From the NCBI GenBank assembly GCA_965263235.1, contig OZ253667.1, positions 2,116,575 to 2,180,574 on the forward strand: DNA of 64,000 bases, given 5' to 3'. Origin of the DNA: Pseudomonadales bacterium (lineage in GTDB: Bacteria; Pseudomonadota; Gammaproteobacteria; Pseudomonadales; UBA7434). This document shows, in pieces, positions 50,834-61,092 of this stretch; the stretch's first letter is position 1, and every line of letters starts with the position of its first letter. The notes under the pieces were generated by a model. That model ran no database searches, was not told where the DNA came from, and worked only from the letters and a program-made list of their open reading frames with translations. Both the position numbers and the translations under genes were made by a program.

Positions 50834-51934
50834 TTAAAGCGGCTTAACCACACTTTCCCAGGACTGGCGCTCAGATATCTCCAGCCACTCTTCACCAAGA
50901 CGATAACTCATTTCATACGCTTGTCGCCAAAGCCGCTCTCGCTCAGCATCCTTGCCGCTAAAGCGATTAAAATCAGCACGATCAGGAACTCGACCCAGCT
51001 CAATACTATTCAGGTAGTGCTCTCCAGGAAACAGCAAAATCATATCCTGATTACTCTCTGCTCGCACCTGCCTCCACGGAATAAACTTATCAAACCATGT
51101 TTCAACCAACTTGCCAAAAAAGTGAGGATAGAGCACAAAACCGCTCCCCTCAGTACTAAAGTTAGAAGGCGACGGATGATAATCGAGCAATCCACCATCG
51201 CGCAAAATCAGTGGTTCTGTCGTTTGAGTAGTGCTGTCAGAGGGCCACTCAACACCATGCATATAGACAGGAATCGAGCCGGACGCCCTAACGGCATCAC
51301 GAAGGTTTTTCTCATTCAGCGCTAAATATAAAGTATCAACCCCATCGTTCGATCTAATCCCTGTGTCAGTCTGGTTGCACGGCGTAGAAATGATGACCCG
51401 CTTGAGACCTCGGGCCATCTGCTCTTTACCCCTAAAATTTTGTAGCGCCAGAAAACTCATCGATGCAATCTGGTCCGCTCGCCGCTCCGAGACCATGCGC
51501 CCCGTCGACTGCACCGCTCCGCAATGGTAACGATAGCGCGCATGATTTAGCAGATTATTGACGCCACCCTCTCCTAACGCGGCTTCCATAATACCGTCAC
51601 CTTGCGCTTTAATTTCGTCAGGCGTCGGCCGTCCTTGGTAGCTCTGGGCAATGTACGCGTCCGCCAACGCAGCAAGTCGCTCCTTGGGCGAAGGCTGCAC
51701 AGCGGCCACGAGTTTGATCGCCCCTATTGATGTACCAAACAGATTAATCGTGTGTGTCGTACCGCTTAGCCAATCGCCAAATATGGCGCTATCCAGGCCA
51801 GCGATACTCAGCCACTTCGCCGCACCAGACGCCCCAAAAACCGTGTGAATATCGTCGGCAGACAATCCATTGGCCATAATATGCTCATATGCCCGTTTCC
51901 CAGCACGAATTTCTAGCATTCCGCTTTTCAACAC
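50834..51934 (-). CDS. Patatin-like phospholipase family protein
   Basis: 366-aa ORF with a GxSxG nucleophile elbow (GTSIGA), an oxyanion-region-like GASGAAKW, and the catalytic Asp context RDGGLLDY. Confidence 0.75.
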   Translation of the reverse strand: MLKSGMLEIRAGKRAYEHIMANGLSADDIHTVFGASGAAKWLSIAGLDSAIFGDWLSGTTHTINLFGTSIGAIKLVAAVQPSPKERLAALADAYIAQSYQGRPTPDEIKAQGDGIMEAALGEGGVNNLLNHARYRYHCGAVQSTGRMVSERRADQIASMSFLALQNFRGKEQMARGLKRVIISTPCNQTDTGIRSNDGVDTLYLALNEKNLRDAVRASGSIPVYMHGVEWPSDSTTQTTEPLILRDGGLLDYHPSPSNFSTEGSGFVLYPHFFGKLVETWFDKFIPWRQVRAESNQDMILLFPGEHYLNSIELGRVPDRADFNRFSGKDAERERLWRQAYEMSYRLGEEWLEISERQSWESVVKPL

Positions 51935-52049
51935 TCTACCCTTTTAAAAATATGCGAAAATTAATGTCAGACTCGTCGCTATTTTACGCAAATGTTTTGG
52001 CTTGAGATAAACATCAGCGATAAAAAAACAAATAACGCCCAATTTTTCT

Positions 52050-53546
52050 ATGAACAAACAAAACTATCTACTCGCCATTGATCAAGGGACCACAAGTTCC
52101 AGAGCAATTGTATTTGACCAGTCGCTTAATCCGGTCAGCACAGGCCAAATGGAGTTTGAACAACACTACCCTCAAAACGGTTGGGTTGAGCACAACCCTG
52201 ATGAAATTTGGCAAACAACCATCGAAAGCTGCGCGCTCGCGATCAAAAACGCAGAGCTTAACGTAAGCGATATTTTATCGATCGGGATTACCAACCAGCG
52301 TGAGACAACCCTGATCTGGGATCGACAAACTGGCCAATGTATTTACCCTGCCATCGTATGGCAAGACAGGCGAACAAGCGATTTTTGTGAGCAACTGAAA
52401 GCCGCCGGAAAAGAATCGCTGGTCACGGAAAAAACGGGGCTGCTGCTTGACCCCTATTTTTCGGCCAGCAAGGTGCGCTGGATCCTAGACAATGTTGAAG
52501 GTGCGCGCGAACGAGCCGGTCGTGGCGAGCTGGCATTTGGCACAGTTGACAGTTATTTAATCTGGAAACTTAGCAACGGAAAATCGCATGTAACTGATGT
52601 CACTAACGCGAGCAGAACCTCGCTCTTTAACATCCACAGCTTGAACTGGGATGAAGAACTTCTGGCGCTATTTAATATTCCTGAATCATTATTGCCTACC
52701 GTACTTGAATGCGCAGATGATTTTGGTCTGTGTGACGAAAGTATATTAGGGGCTCCCATCCCGATCAGCGGCGTCGCTGGCGACCAACAGGCAGCGGCCA
52801 TCGGGCAAAGGTGTTTTGAGGCCGGCAACGTCAAAAGCACCTACGGCACAGGATGCTTTTTACTCGTAAATACCGGCGAGCACTGCGTAAACTCAACGCA
52901 TAAAATGCTGTCGACAATAGCGTTCACAATTAATGGCAAAACACATTACGCCATTGAAGGATCGATCTTTGTTGCTGGTGCGGCGATACAGTGGCTTAGA
53001 GACGGCCTTAAGATCATCGAAAATGCGAAGACTACCGAGGCACTAGCAAAAAATTTAGAGAGCAATAATGGCGTTTACATGGTTCCTGCATTCACCGGCC
53101 TGGGCGCCCCTTACTGGGATGCTAATGCCAAAGGCGCGATCTACGGACTAACGCGTGCGACCGGCCCGGCAGAACTGTGCAGAGCAGCGTTAGAGTCCAT
53201 AGCCTACTTAACCAATGACCTGCTAAGTGCTATTAACGAAGACGGCATACAAATCACCAACTTAAAAATAGATGGAGGGATGGTCGCAAATGACTGGTTC
53301 TGCGAGTTTCTCTCCAACATCTTACAGCTCGAACTTTATCGCCCACCGATACTGGAATCCACAGCCATCGGAGCAGCCTATCTTGCCGGATTAAAACAAG
53401 GCCAGCTTACTGCAGCCGAACAAACCAGCAAGCCAGACAACAATCATCTTTACTCGCATTTTAAACCCTCGATGGATGAGCAAGAGCGTGGTCAACTAAT
53501 AAGTGGCTGGCAATCTGCGGTAGAGCGCACTTTAAGCCATAAATAA
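52050..53546 (+). CDS. glpK: Glycerol kinase
   Basis: 498-aa ORF with YLLAIDQGTTSSRAIVF, ITNQRETT and the FGGY-family C-terminus. Confidence 0.95.
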   Translation: MNKQNYLLAIDQGTTSSRAIVFDQSLNPVSTGQMEFEQHYPQNGWVEHNPDEIWQTTIESCALAIKNAELNVSDILSIGITNQRETTLIWDRQTGQCIYPAIVWQDRRTSDFCEQLKAAGKESLVTEKTGLLLDPYFSASKVRWILDNVEGARERAGRGELAFGTVDSYLIWKLSNGKSHVTDVTNASRTSLFNIHSLNWDEELLALFNIPESLLPTVLECADDFGLCDESILGAPIPISGVAGDQQAAAIGQRCFEAGNVKSTYGTGCFLLVNTGEHCVNSTHKMLSTIAFTINGKTHYAIEGSIFVAGAAIQWLRDGLKIIENAKTTEALAKNLESNNGVYMVPAFTGLGAPYWDANAKGAIYGLTRATGPAELCRAALESIAYLTNDLLSAINEDGIQITNLKIDGGMVANDWFCEFLSNILQLELYRPPILESTAIGAAYLAGLKQGQLTAAEQTSKPDNNHLYSHFKPSMDEQERGQLISGWQSAVERTLSHK

Positions 53547-53574
53547 CTCGTTAGAAATCATATCTACTTCTATA

Positions 53575-55188
53575 ATGGCAACCCACAATCGCAGCGTAGA
53601 GCTGGAAAAACTAAAGCACAACACCTACGACTGCCTCGTTATCGGTGGTGGTATTAACGGCGCCGTTTCAGCTGCCGCGCTTTCGGCAAAAGGCGCGTCA
53701 GTCGCAATAATTGATCGTCAGGATTTTGCGGGAGAAACGAGCTCCCAGTCATCCAATCTTGTCTGGGGCGGGATAAAGTATCTTGAAACCCAGGAGTTTT
53801 TTCTTGTAAACAAGCTTTGCAAAAGTCGCAATTTACTGATGGAAAGCTACCCCTCTACCGTTCAGGAAATTCGGTTTCTCACGACCATTCAAAAAGGGTT
53901 TCGTTTTCCGCCTTTTATAATCTATGCAGGGAGCTTACTTTACTGGGTGCTGGGCCGATTCAAGACTCGAGCACCAAAGTTATTAAGCGCAAACGCAATA
54001 AAAAAGCGCGCCGCTGTAGTCAATACCAAAGACGCAATTGGCGGGCTCGAATATTCCGACTGTTATCTCTATGACAACGACTCGCGTTTTGTCTTTAGCT
54101 TTGTTCGCAGCGCTCATCAAAACGGCGCAACGACACTCAACTACATTAACGCGATTTCATCAAACTTTGACGGAAGTCACTGGACCATTACAGTAAAGGA
54201 CGAACTTTCAGGGGACACTTTTAAGGTAAAGAGCAAAACCCTGATTAACGCTTGTGGGCCCTGGGTCGATGAGCAAAACCAAACAGCTGGAGTTAACACA
54301 CCCCATCACCATCTTTTTTCAAAAGGCGTGCACCTAACTGTACCAAAGCTAACGAATAATGATAAAGTTCTTGCGTTCTTTGCAAGTGACGGTCGATTGT
54401 TTTTTATTATTCCAATGGGCCCGGTAACCTGCCTCGGAACCACGGATACACAAGTGGAGCAACCGGAGGAAAGCGTCAGCGACGCCGACCGAGAGTTTAT
54501 TTTATCCAACGTCAATGCCCTACTCGATCTGGACCAGCCACTAACCACAAACGATATTATTGCCGAACGCTGTGGCGTTAGGCCCCTTGCCGCAAAAAGC
54601 AGCGATGAAAAAGCAGACTGGGTTGCCTTGTCCCGCAAACATGCCATCGACATCAACGAAACTGATAAACACCTGAGTATCTTTGGTGGAAAAATCACCG
54701 ACTGCATCAATGTTGGCGAAGAAGTTTGCAGCGCGGTAAATCACATGGGTATAAACCTGGTCGCCGAAGATAAAAAATGGTTTGGTGAACCCAGCGATAA
54801 GGAAAAACGCGATTTTTTAAAGCAAGCCAATCGTTCAAGACTAGATGCTTTAACTCACCCTTCATCGCCAGAGCCACTAAGCGCCAGGCTTTGGCGTCGA
54901 TATGGGAGCAGTGCATTCCAAATGCTCGCAAGCATCAACCAGGACCCATCACAGGCAGAGCTGGTGATTGATAATGCTGAATACACGCGTTGCGAACTGG
55001 ACTATGCAGCCAAACACGAAATGATATGCACACTCGACGACTTTCTTCGTCGTCGGTCAAAAATAGCAATGGTTGTTGGCCATGAAACCATTATTCAATC
55101 TCAAGGTCTTCAAGAGGCATGTAAGCTATTGTTTGGTGAAAACTGGGAGGAAAAACTTGAAGACTATCGCTCGCACCACGGCCATTAA
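53575..55188 (+). CDS. glpD: FAD-dependent glycerol-3-phosphate dehydrogenase
   Basis: 537-aa ORF with dinucleotide-binding DCLVIGGGINGA. Directly downstream of glpK. Confidence 0.9.
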   Translation: MATHNRSVELEKLKHNTYDCLVIGGGINGAVSAAALSAKGASVAIIDRQDFAGETSSQSSNLVWGGIKYLETQEFFLVNKLCKSRNLLMESYPSTVQEIRFLTTIQKGFRFPPFIIYAGSLLYWVLGRFKTRAPKLLSANAIKKRAAVVNTKDAIGGLEYSDCYLYDNDSRFVFSFVRSAHQNGATTLNYINAISSNFDGSHWTITVKDELSGDTFKVKSKTLINACGPWVDEQNQTAGVNTPHHHLFSKGVHLTVPKLTNNDKVLAFFASDGRLFFIIPMGPVTCLGTTDTQVEQPEESVSDADREFILSNVNALLDLDQPLTTNDIIAERCGVRPLAAKSSDEKADWVALSRKHAIDINETDKHLSIFGGKITDCINVGEEVCSAVNHMGINLVAEDKKWFGEPSDKEKRDFLKQANRSRLDALTHPSSPEPLSARLWRRYGSSAFQMLASINQDPSQAELVIDNAEYTRCELDYAAKHEMICTLDDFLRRRSKIAMVVGHETIIQSQGLQEACKLLFGENWEEKLEDYRSHHGH

Positions 55189-55855
55189 AAATACTCAAGC
55201 ACTAATATTTTTATTGCTAACGACTACGCCGTTTATTGTTCTTGGCGTTGCGCCAGGCTATGCCAACACAAATACCGCAACCCCACTCATACCCGACGCA
55301 AATGCTATAGAGTGGGACATTGTAACTGCAAATGATGGCATAACGACTTCGCTTGCAAGCATCGAGAATCTCCCTATTAAACTCGTCAAACACCAGGCCA
55401 GGATCGTCCTTAATGACGATAACGGGCACCAGAAACTAATCGAGGCCTACGGTGACGGAAAGGGTTGCCCAGAGTGGCTGGGTCTATGCAAAAAGTCAGA
55501 AGTCGTCGCCAAACACGACGATGGAAGCGAAACGCTATATGTTGTAATCAACATGCCGTGGCCACTAAGCGACAGAGATTCAGTAGTTTTAAAACGCTTA
55601 ATACAGGACGAAAAAAAGCTGGTAATCCATACCATTTCGACGCCAGGAGCCGTACCACCCAGCAAGCTAACGAGAATGGTTAGTGAAAGCCGTATGACGG
55701 CAGAATACCTAAAAGAGAAAGGCATCTATCAAGTCAGCTGGGAAGTCTATTCAGACCCTCAAGGTTCAATACCTTCTGGCACTGTCAATCGGCGATCGCA
55801 TCAGGAATCACGTGCAGACTTTATAAAGCTAGTCACGCAATTAAAATCGTCCTAG
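55157..55855 (+). CDS. Secreted START/SRPBCC lipid-binding domain protein
   Basis: I place the start at TTG 55157, 6 nt after GGGAGG (55145-50), which gives a signal peptide LKTIARTTAIKNTQALIFLLLTTTPFIVLGVAPGYA. INMPWPLSDRDSVV is a START-domain signature. The ORF-track start at 55073 would overlap glpD by 116 nt. Confidence 0.7.
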   Translation: MKTIARTTAIKNTQALIFLLLTTTPFIVLGVAPGYANTNTATPLIPDANAIEWDIVTANDGITTSLASIENLPIKLVKHQARIVLNDDNGHQKLIEAYGDGKGCPEWLGLCKKSEVVAKHDDGSETLYVVINMPWPLSDRDSVVLKRLIQDEKKLVIHTISTPGAVPPSKLTRMVSESRMTAEYLKEKGIYQVSWEVYSDPQGSIPSGTVNRRSHQESRADFIKLVTQLKSS

Positions 55856-55856
55856 T

Positions 55857-57143
55857 TCAGCGCTCGACAATCGCGGTGACACCTTGCCCACCAGCTGCAC
55901 AAATTGATATCAGGCCTTTACCGCTACCCTTTTGCGCGAGCATTTTCGCAAGAGATGCGACAATTCGGCCACCGGTTGCTGCAAAGGGATGGCCCGCCGC
56001 AATAGAGCTACCGTTAACGTTTAGCTTGTTAAAATCAACTTCCCCTAACGCGCGCTCGACACCAACCCTTTCTTTACAAAACGCATCATCGTTAATGGCG
56101 GCTATAGTACAAAGCACCTGTGCCGCAAACGCTTCGTGAAACTCAAGGAAATCAAAGTCCGACAAAGTTAAATCGGCTTTGGCCAACAATCTAGGCAGCG
56201 CATATGAGGGCGCCATTAACAAGCCCTCTTTTTTTCCGGTAAAGTCAACTGCGGCGACTTCGGCATGCGTTAGATACGCCAAAACCTCCAACCCACGCGC
56301 CTTTGCCCACTCCTCACTTGCTAACAAAATACACGACGCTCCATCGGTCAATGGCGTGGAATTGCCTGCAGTGAGCGAACCCCGCTGACCATTTTTTGCA
56401 AACGCAGGCTTTAAGCGGGCAAGCTTTTCTACGCTGGTATCTGCGCGTAAATTATTATCTCGTTCAAGCCCCATGAACGGAGTCATCAAGTCTTCAAAAA
56501 AACCTTCCTCATAAGCTCTGGCCATATTTCGATGACTATTTACCGCTAGCTCATCCTGTTCTTCTCGCGATATATCCCATTCGTTAGCAGTGATCTGCAT
56601 ATGCTCCCCCATGCTCAAGCCTGTTCTCGGCTCAGCTAACGCGGGCAGCTCGGGTAAAATATGATTGGGCCTTAGCCCCAGCAACGCCTTAAAGCGATCA
56701 CCAGGGGTTTTCGCCGCGTTGACGTTCATCAACACTTTACGCAAACCTTTATGCGCCATAATTGGAGCGTCAGATGTGGTGTCCACCCCACCGGCGATAC
56801 CACAATCGATCTGGCCCAGGGCGATTTTATTCGCCACCAACACGGCTGCTTCTAAACCCGTGCCGCAGGCTTGCTGGATATCGTAAGTTGGCGTTTCCGA
56901 ATCTAACTTGGTTGATAGTACGCTCTCACGTGTCAGGTTCGCTTCATCTGGGTGCTTGAGAACCGCACCTGCAACTACTTCGCCTATTTTTTTTCCTTCC
57001 AGATCGAATCGCGATATCAACCCCGCCAACGCAGCCGTTAAAAGGCGTTGGTTACTGACATTTAGATAGGTCGTATTCGAACGAGCAAAAGGTGTTCGAT
57101 TACCGCCGACGATTGCGACGCGCCTCGGTTTTCCGACTAACAC
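55857..57143 (-). CDS. Acetyl-CoA C-acyltransferase (thiolase)
   Basis: 428-aa ORF with nucleophile Cys context QQACGTGLEA, plus the C-terminal NVNGSSIAAGHPFAATG and ICAAGGQG. Confidence 0.93.
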   Translation of the reverse strand: MLVGKPRRVAIVGGNRTPFARSNTTYLNVSNQRLLTAALAGLISRFDLEGKKIGEVVAGAVLKHPDEANLTRESVLSTKLDSETPTYDIQQACGTGLEAAVLVANKIALGQIDCGIAGGVDTTSDAPIMAHKGLRKVLMNVNAAKTPGDRFKALLGLRPNHILPELPALAEPRTGLSMGEHMQITANEWDISREEQDELAVNSHRNMARAYEEGFFEDLMTPFMGLERDNNLRADTSVEKLARLKPAFAKNGQRGSLTAGNSTPLTDGASCILLASEEWAKARGLEVLAYLTHAEVAAVDFTGKKEGLLMAPSYALPRLLAKADLTLSDFDFLEFHEAFAAQVLCTIAAINDDAFCKERVGVERALGEVDFNKLNVNGSSIAAGHPFAATGGRIVASLAKMLAQKGSGKGLISICAAGGQGVTAIVER

Positions 57144-57446
57144 AGTAATTCACCTCTTCGTTAAATAGTTTGCGGGAGTATTTTCTAAAACAATAAATCA
57201 TCAGCGAGTACAACACAAATAAGAAAACTCGTAACAATAAGTTGAAAACACCACCGACAATTATTGACAAAAACTAGAAAGCGCATAATTATACGCTTGT
57301 TTACTAACCAAGCAAGCTTACCGTTAACTCATTATGACGAGCGCCCCTGCTTTTGTTGTTGCTCGGGCTACGGATGCGTTCGAGTTTGACCAATATAGGC
57401 TTGCGTTAAATGTTACTTCTAGCCTCTTATCTCACCTGAGACCACT

Positions 57447-58847
57447 ATGTCTGACCGTTATGTAAACTTTGTGAATTCATCATTTGGCGCTACGCTCGCT
57501 AAAAGTGTTGGCCTTCCCTCCCCGACTCACCTCGATCGATACGCACACGGCGTGGATTTTATTAACGGCGACATTCTCGTCGGAGCTGCACCTGGTTTTA
57601 CCTCACTCGACAACGCGCTCGCGACGATTGGCCAGTCCACCGGAAAAATCTTTATTAACTGTGATAAAGAAACAAAGCGCTTTGTGAAAAACGACGAAAT
57701 TAAGGCCTTTGATGCCGGTGTCTATCAGCCCAACCAGGTGAAAGCACTTGTATTTGATGCCACAGGTATTAAGTCTTCTGAGGAGCTTAATCACCTTTAC
57801 TACTTCTTTCATGAAAACATTCGCAAAGTAGCCAATTGCGGACGAATTGTTATTTTGGCTAAAGCTGTTGGAAGTTGTAATGACACCAAACAATCAACGG
57901 CACAGCGCGCGATACTAGGCTTTGTTAAATCGTTAGGAAAAGAAATCGGACGTGGCGGTACGGTTAATGTGATCTATACCGAAGACGACCCTGGCAACGA
58001 GCTTACATCAACGCTTCGCTTTTTGTTATCGGCGCGCTCAGCTTACGTCAGCGCTCAGGCAGTCACATTGTCCCACGCTAAAATCAAAACCCTGCCTGCC
58101 AGCTGGGAAACGCCGCTTGAAGGACAAACGGTATTGGTAACTGGTGCTGCTAGAGGCATTGGTGAAGCTATCGCAAATATAATGGCGAGACAAGGCGCGA
58201 CTGTTGTCGGGCTAGATATTCCCCCAGCGAAAGAAGACCTTGAGGCGGTTATGAAGCGAATCGATGGCCACGCTATCCTCGCGGATATTACGCAAAACGA
58301 TGCTGCAAACATTATTATCGATTCACTAAGCAATTTGGGCTTGTCGCTTGATGTTCTTGTCCACAACGCTGGCATTACCAGAGACAAAACCATCGCGAAA
58401 ATGCCTGATACATGGTGGACTCAAACGCTAGACATTAATCTCAGCTCAGTTGAGCGAGTCAACGATATATTGCTCCAAGAGAAACTAATTAAAAAAGGCG
58501 TCCGCATAGTTTGCGTATCCTCAATGAATGGAATAGCAGGCGCGCGCGGCCAAACCAACTACGCCACATCTAAAGCCGGAATTATTGGCATGGTAGAGTC
58601 AATGGCGCCTCTGCTCGGAAAGAAGGGTATAACCATCAACGCAGTAGCTCCTGGTTTTATCGAAACCGAAATGACCGCAAAAATGCCCTTTGCTATGCGA
58701 GAGGCGGGACGGCGATTAAACTCGATGGCTCAAGGGGGCTTGCCGGAGGATGTTGCTGAAACTATAGCCTGGTTTGCCAATCCGGCATCCGCGGGAGTAA
58801 ACGGCAATATCGTTAGAGTCTGTGGGCAAAATATCCTGGGCGCATAA
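57447..58847 (+). CDS. Two-domain 3-oxoacyl reductase (FabG4-like high-molecular-weight SDR)
   Basis: 466-aa ORF. The ~220-aa N-terminal non-catalytic domain precedes a classical SDR (TGAARGIGEA, NYATSKAG). Confidence 0.85.
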   Translation: MSDRYVNFVNSSFGATLAKSVGLPSPTHLDRYAHGVDFINGDILVGAAPGFTSLDNALATIGQSTGKIFINCDKETKRFVKNDEIKAFDAGVYQPNQVKALVFDATGIKSSEELNHLYYFFHENIRKVANCGRIVILAKAVGSCNDTKQSTAQRAILGFVKSLGKEIGRGGTVNVIYTEDDPGNELTSTLRFLLSARSAYVSAQAVTLSHAKIKTLPASWETPLEGQTVLVTGAARGIGEAIANIMARQGATVVGLDIPPAKEDLEAVMKRIDGHAILADITQNDAANIIIDSLSNLGLSLDVLVHNAGITRDKTIAKMPDTWWTQTLDINLSSVERVNDILLQEKLIKKGVRIVCVSSMNGIAGARGQTNYATSKAGIIGMVESMAPLLGKKGITINAVAPGFIETEMTAKMPFAMREAGRRLNSMAQGGLPEDVAETIAWFANPASAGVNGNIVRVCGQNILGA

Positions 58848-58867
58848 GGCCCACGCGGAGAACACCT

Positions 58868-59812
58868 ATGCACGATGCTCAAGAACAGGATCACGTTATT
58901 CTACACACCGAAGTCCTGCGAAGCGTTCCTTCAAATAGTTATGCCCGACCCAGATTGCTAAAAGCGATCTGGCCGAAACCTTTACGAAAATATTCTTCGA
59001 CCGTTCTACCGAACAAAAAATTTAGCATTAACAATGTTCGATTTAACACAAAGAACTTTCAGCAATTCAAACGAGTGTGCGGGTTCTCTCCTACACAAAA
59101 CACAGTACCAATGTGCTACCCACACATTATGGCTTTTGGTTTGCACTTGCACTTCTTTTCCGAGCAGGATTTCCCATTCAATATGCTGGGCCTTATTCAT
59201 ACCGATAATTGTATTCAGCGCTTTAATGAAACGCCGTTAGACGAAAACTATACGTTGAGTGTATTCCTGGACAATCTCCGCCCCCACCCTAAAGGTGCAA
59301 ACTTCGACCTGGTTTCGGAATATGATATTGCTGGCGAAACCGTGTGGCGTGAGCGCTGTACCCTACTCGCCCAACTTCCTGCCAATATGCGCGACGCTCC
59401 CGATCATAGAAATATTAAAAATGAACGTCCTGCAATGCCGAAAAAACCGTGTAGTGAAAAAGCAGATGTTTGGCGCATGCCCAGCAACACAGGTCGTGCC
59501 TACGGTTCAGTATCCTCAGATAGAAACCCCATTCATCTTTACCCTCTAACAGCTAAACTGTTTGGATTTAAACGTCACATCGCACACGGAATGTGGACGC
59601 TTGCGAGAAGCAATGCTGCAATAGAATCTGAACTGGTAAATCACTCATGGCCGTCATCTCGGCTTGAACTAAGCAATCAATTCCATCGCCCAGTTTTCCT
59701 GCCCTCTACTGTGCACCACTACACGGCATTTAATAAGCAAAGTGCCACGCTTGAAGTATGGGATAGTAAAGCAACCACGCTACATATGACCGGACAGGCC
59801 AGCGTCATCTAA
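58868..59812 (+). CDS. MaoC-like (R)-specific enoyl-CoA hydratase/dehydratase (HtdX-like, double hot-dog)
   Basis: 314-aa ORF with hydratase-2 motif SSDRNPIHL. It starts 20 bp after the reductase. Confidence 0.8.
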   Translation: MHDAQEQDHVILHTEVLRSVPSNSYARPRLLKAIWPKPLRKYSSTVLPNKKFSINNVRFNTKNFQQFKRVCGFSPTQNTVPMCYPHIMAFGLHLHFFSEQDFPFNMLGLIHTDNCIQRFNETPLDENYTLSVFLDNLRPHPKGANFDLVSEYDIAGETVWRERCTLLAQLPANMRDAPDHRNIKNERPAMPKKPCSEKADVWRMPSNTGRAYGSVSSDRNPIHLYPLTAKLFGFKRHIAHGMWTLARSNAAIESELVNHSWPSSRLELSNQFHRPVFLPSTVHHYTAFNKQSATLEVWDSKATTLHMTGQASVI

Positions 59813-59894
59813 TATTGAACCGCGACGGTTTTTTGCTCACACACTACACGCTCCAATAAGGCAGACGATTGGCTTTTCCTTTTATCGCAGTTGC

Positions 59895-60893
59895 CTATTC
59901 ACTGTCGTATACTTGCAATATTATCTTTCCAATGTGAGCACTGCTTTCCATCAGGATATGTGCGTCTTTTGCCTTTTCTAACGGGTAAACACTATCGACA
60001 ATTGGCCGTACCAGCCCGCTTTCTAACATCGGCCATATTATTTTCTCAAGTTCGGATGCGATAACCGCCTTTCGATCTCTACTCTGCGCTCTAAGCGTAG
60101 AACCGGTTAATGTTAGGCGTTTGGCGATAAGCGTCCACAAATCCAGCTCAACTTTTGCGCCACCCTGGACCCCTATATTGACGATACGACCCTCTTCGGC
60201 AGCAATTTTTAGATGCTTGTTAACGTACTCACCACCAACCATATCCAATATTACATTTATACCTGTTGGCTCTAGTTTATTGATTCGTTCAACAAAGTCT
60301 TCCTCGTAATAGTTAATTGCCGCGTCCGCACCAATATCCCGACAGAACTGACATTTCTTGTCGCTCCCCGCAGTCGCATAAACCTTTGCCCCAAAAGCCT
60401 TTGCCATCTGGATCGCCGCTACCCCAATCCCCGAACTGCCGCCATGCACAAGACAGCATTGCCCTGCTTTTAGCATTCCCCTGAAAAACAAATTCTCCCA
60501 AACCGTAAAATAGGTTTCAGGCAAGCTCGCCGCCTGAACCATAGTCAAACCGGTAGGGATTCGCAGGCACTGACCACGCGGAACAGAAACATACTCTGCG
60601 TAACCACCGCCATTCGTAAGCGCGCAAACTTTATCGCCTGGCTGCCACTCGCTGACGTTTTCGCCTGGTTCAATAATTTCTCCAGCAACTTCCAGGCCCA
60701 GGATTTGTGAAGCGCCCTTAGGCGGATAGTAAAAACCACGCCGCTGCATAATATCGGGGCGGTTTACGCCAGCGGCCGATACTTTAATTAATACTTCGTC
60801 GACACCAACGGTTGGTAAATCAACATCCGCTAACGTTAAAACCTCAGGACCACCATGTTCATCAGTAATTATCGCTTTCATCGTTTCAATCAT
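59895..60893 (-). CDS. NAD(P)H:quinone oxidoreductase-type MDR (zeta-crystallin/PIG3 family)
   Basis: 332-aa ORF with a GroES-like N-terminus and the Rossmann motif VHGGSSGIGVAAIQ. Confidence 0.9.
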   Translation of the reverse strand: MIETMKAIITDEHGGPEVLTLADVDLPTVGVDEVLIKVSAAGVNRPDIMQRRGFYYPPKGASQILGLEVAGEIIEPGENVSEWQPGDKVCALTNGGGYAEYVSVPRGQCLRIPTGLTMVQAASLPETYFTVWENLFFRGMLKAGQCCLVHGGSSGIGVAAIQMAKAFGAKVYATAGSDKKCQFCRDIGADAAINYYEEDFVERINKLEPTGINVILDMVGGEYVNKHLKIAAEEGRIVNIGVQGGAKVELDLWTLIAKRLTLTGSTLRAQSRDRKAVIASELEKIIWPMLESGLVRPIVDSVYPLEKAKDAHILMESSAHIGKIILQVYDSE

Positions 60894-60999
60894 TCGTATT
60901 CAAAAGTTTTACTCTTGTTGCATTTTTTTTGCTGGGCAAATAAAAATTTTGTCGCGAGAAAAAATACAGAACTTAAACAGCTGGTAATAATTGCAATAT

Positions 61000-61027
61000 T
61001 TCCACTAATCAGAATTGGTGGTAGAAT
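61000..61027 (+). promoter_or_regulatory. Putative sigma-70 promoter of the P450-like gene
   Basis: TTCCAC - 16 nt - TAGAAT preceded by TGg (extended -10-like), ~65 nt upstream of the ATG. Confidence 0.35.
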
Positions 61028-61092
61028 AGTTCAAAACCTGAAACTTTTTCAGATTTCTAGAGCTTGGCCTTCAAGGCCGGATTCGCGCAAAA

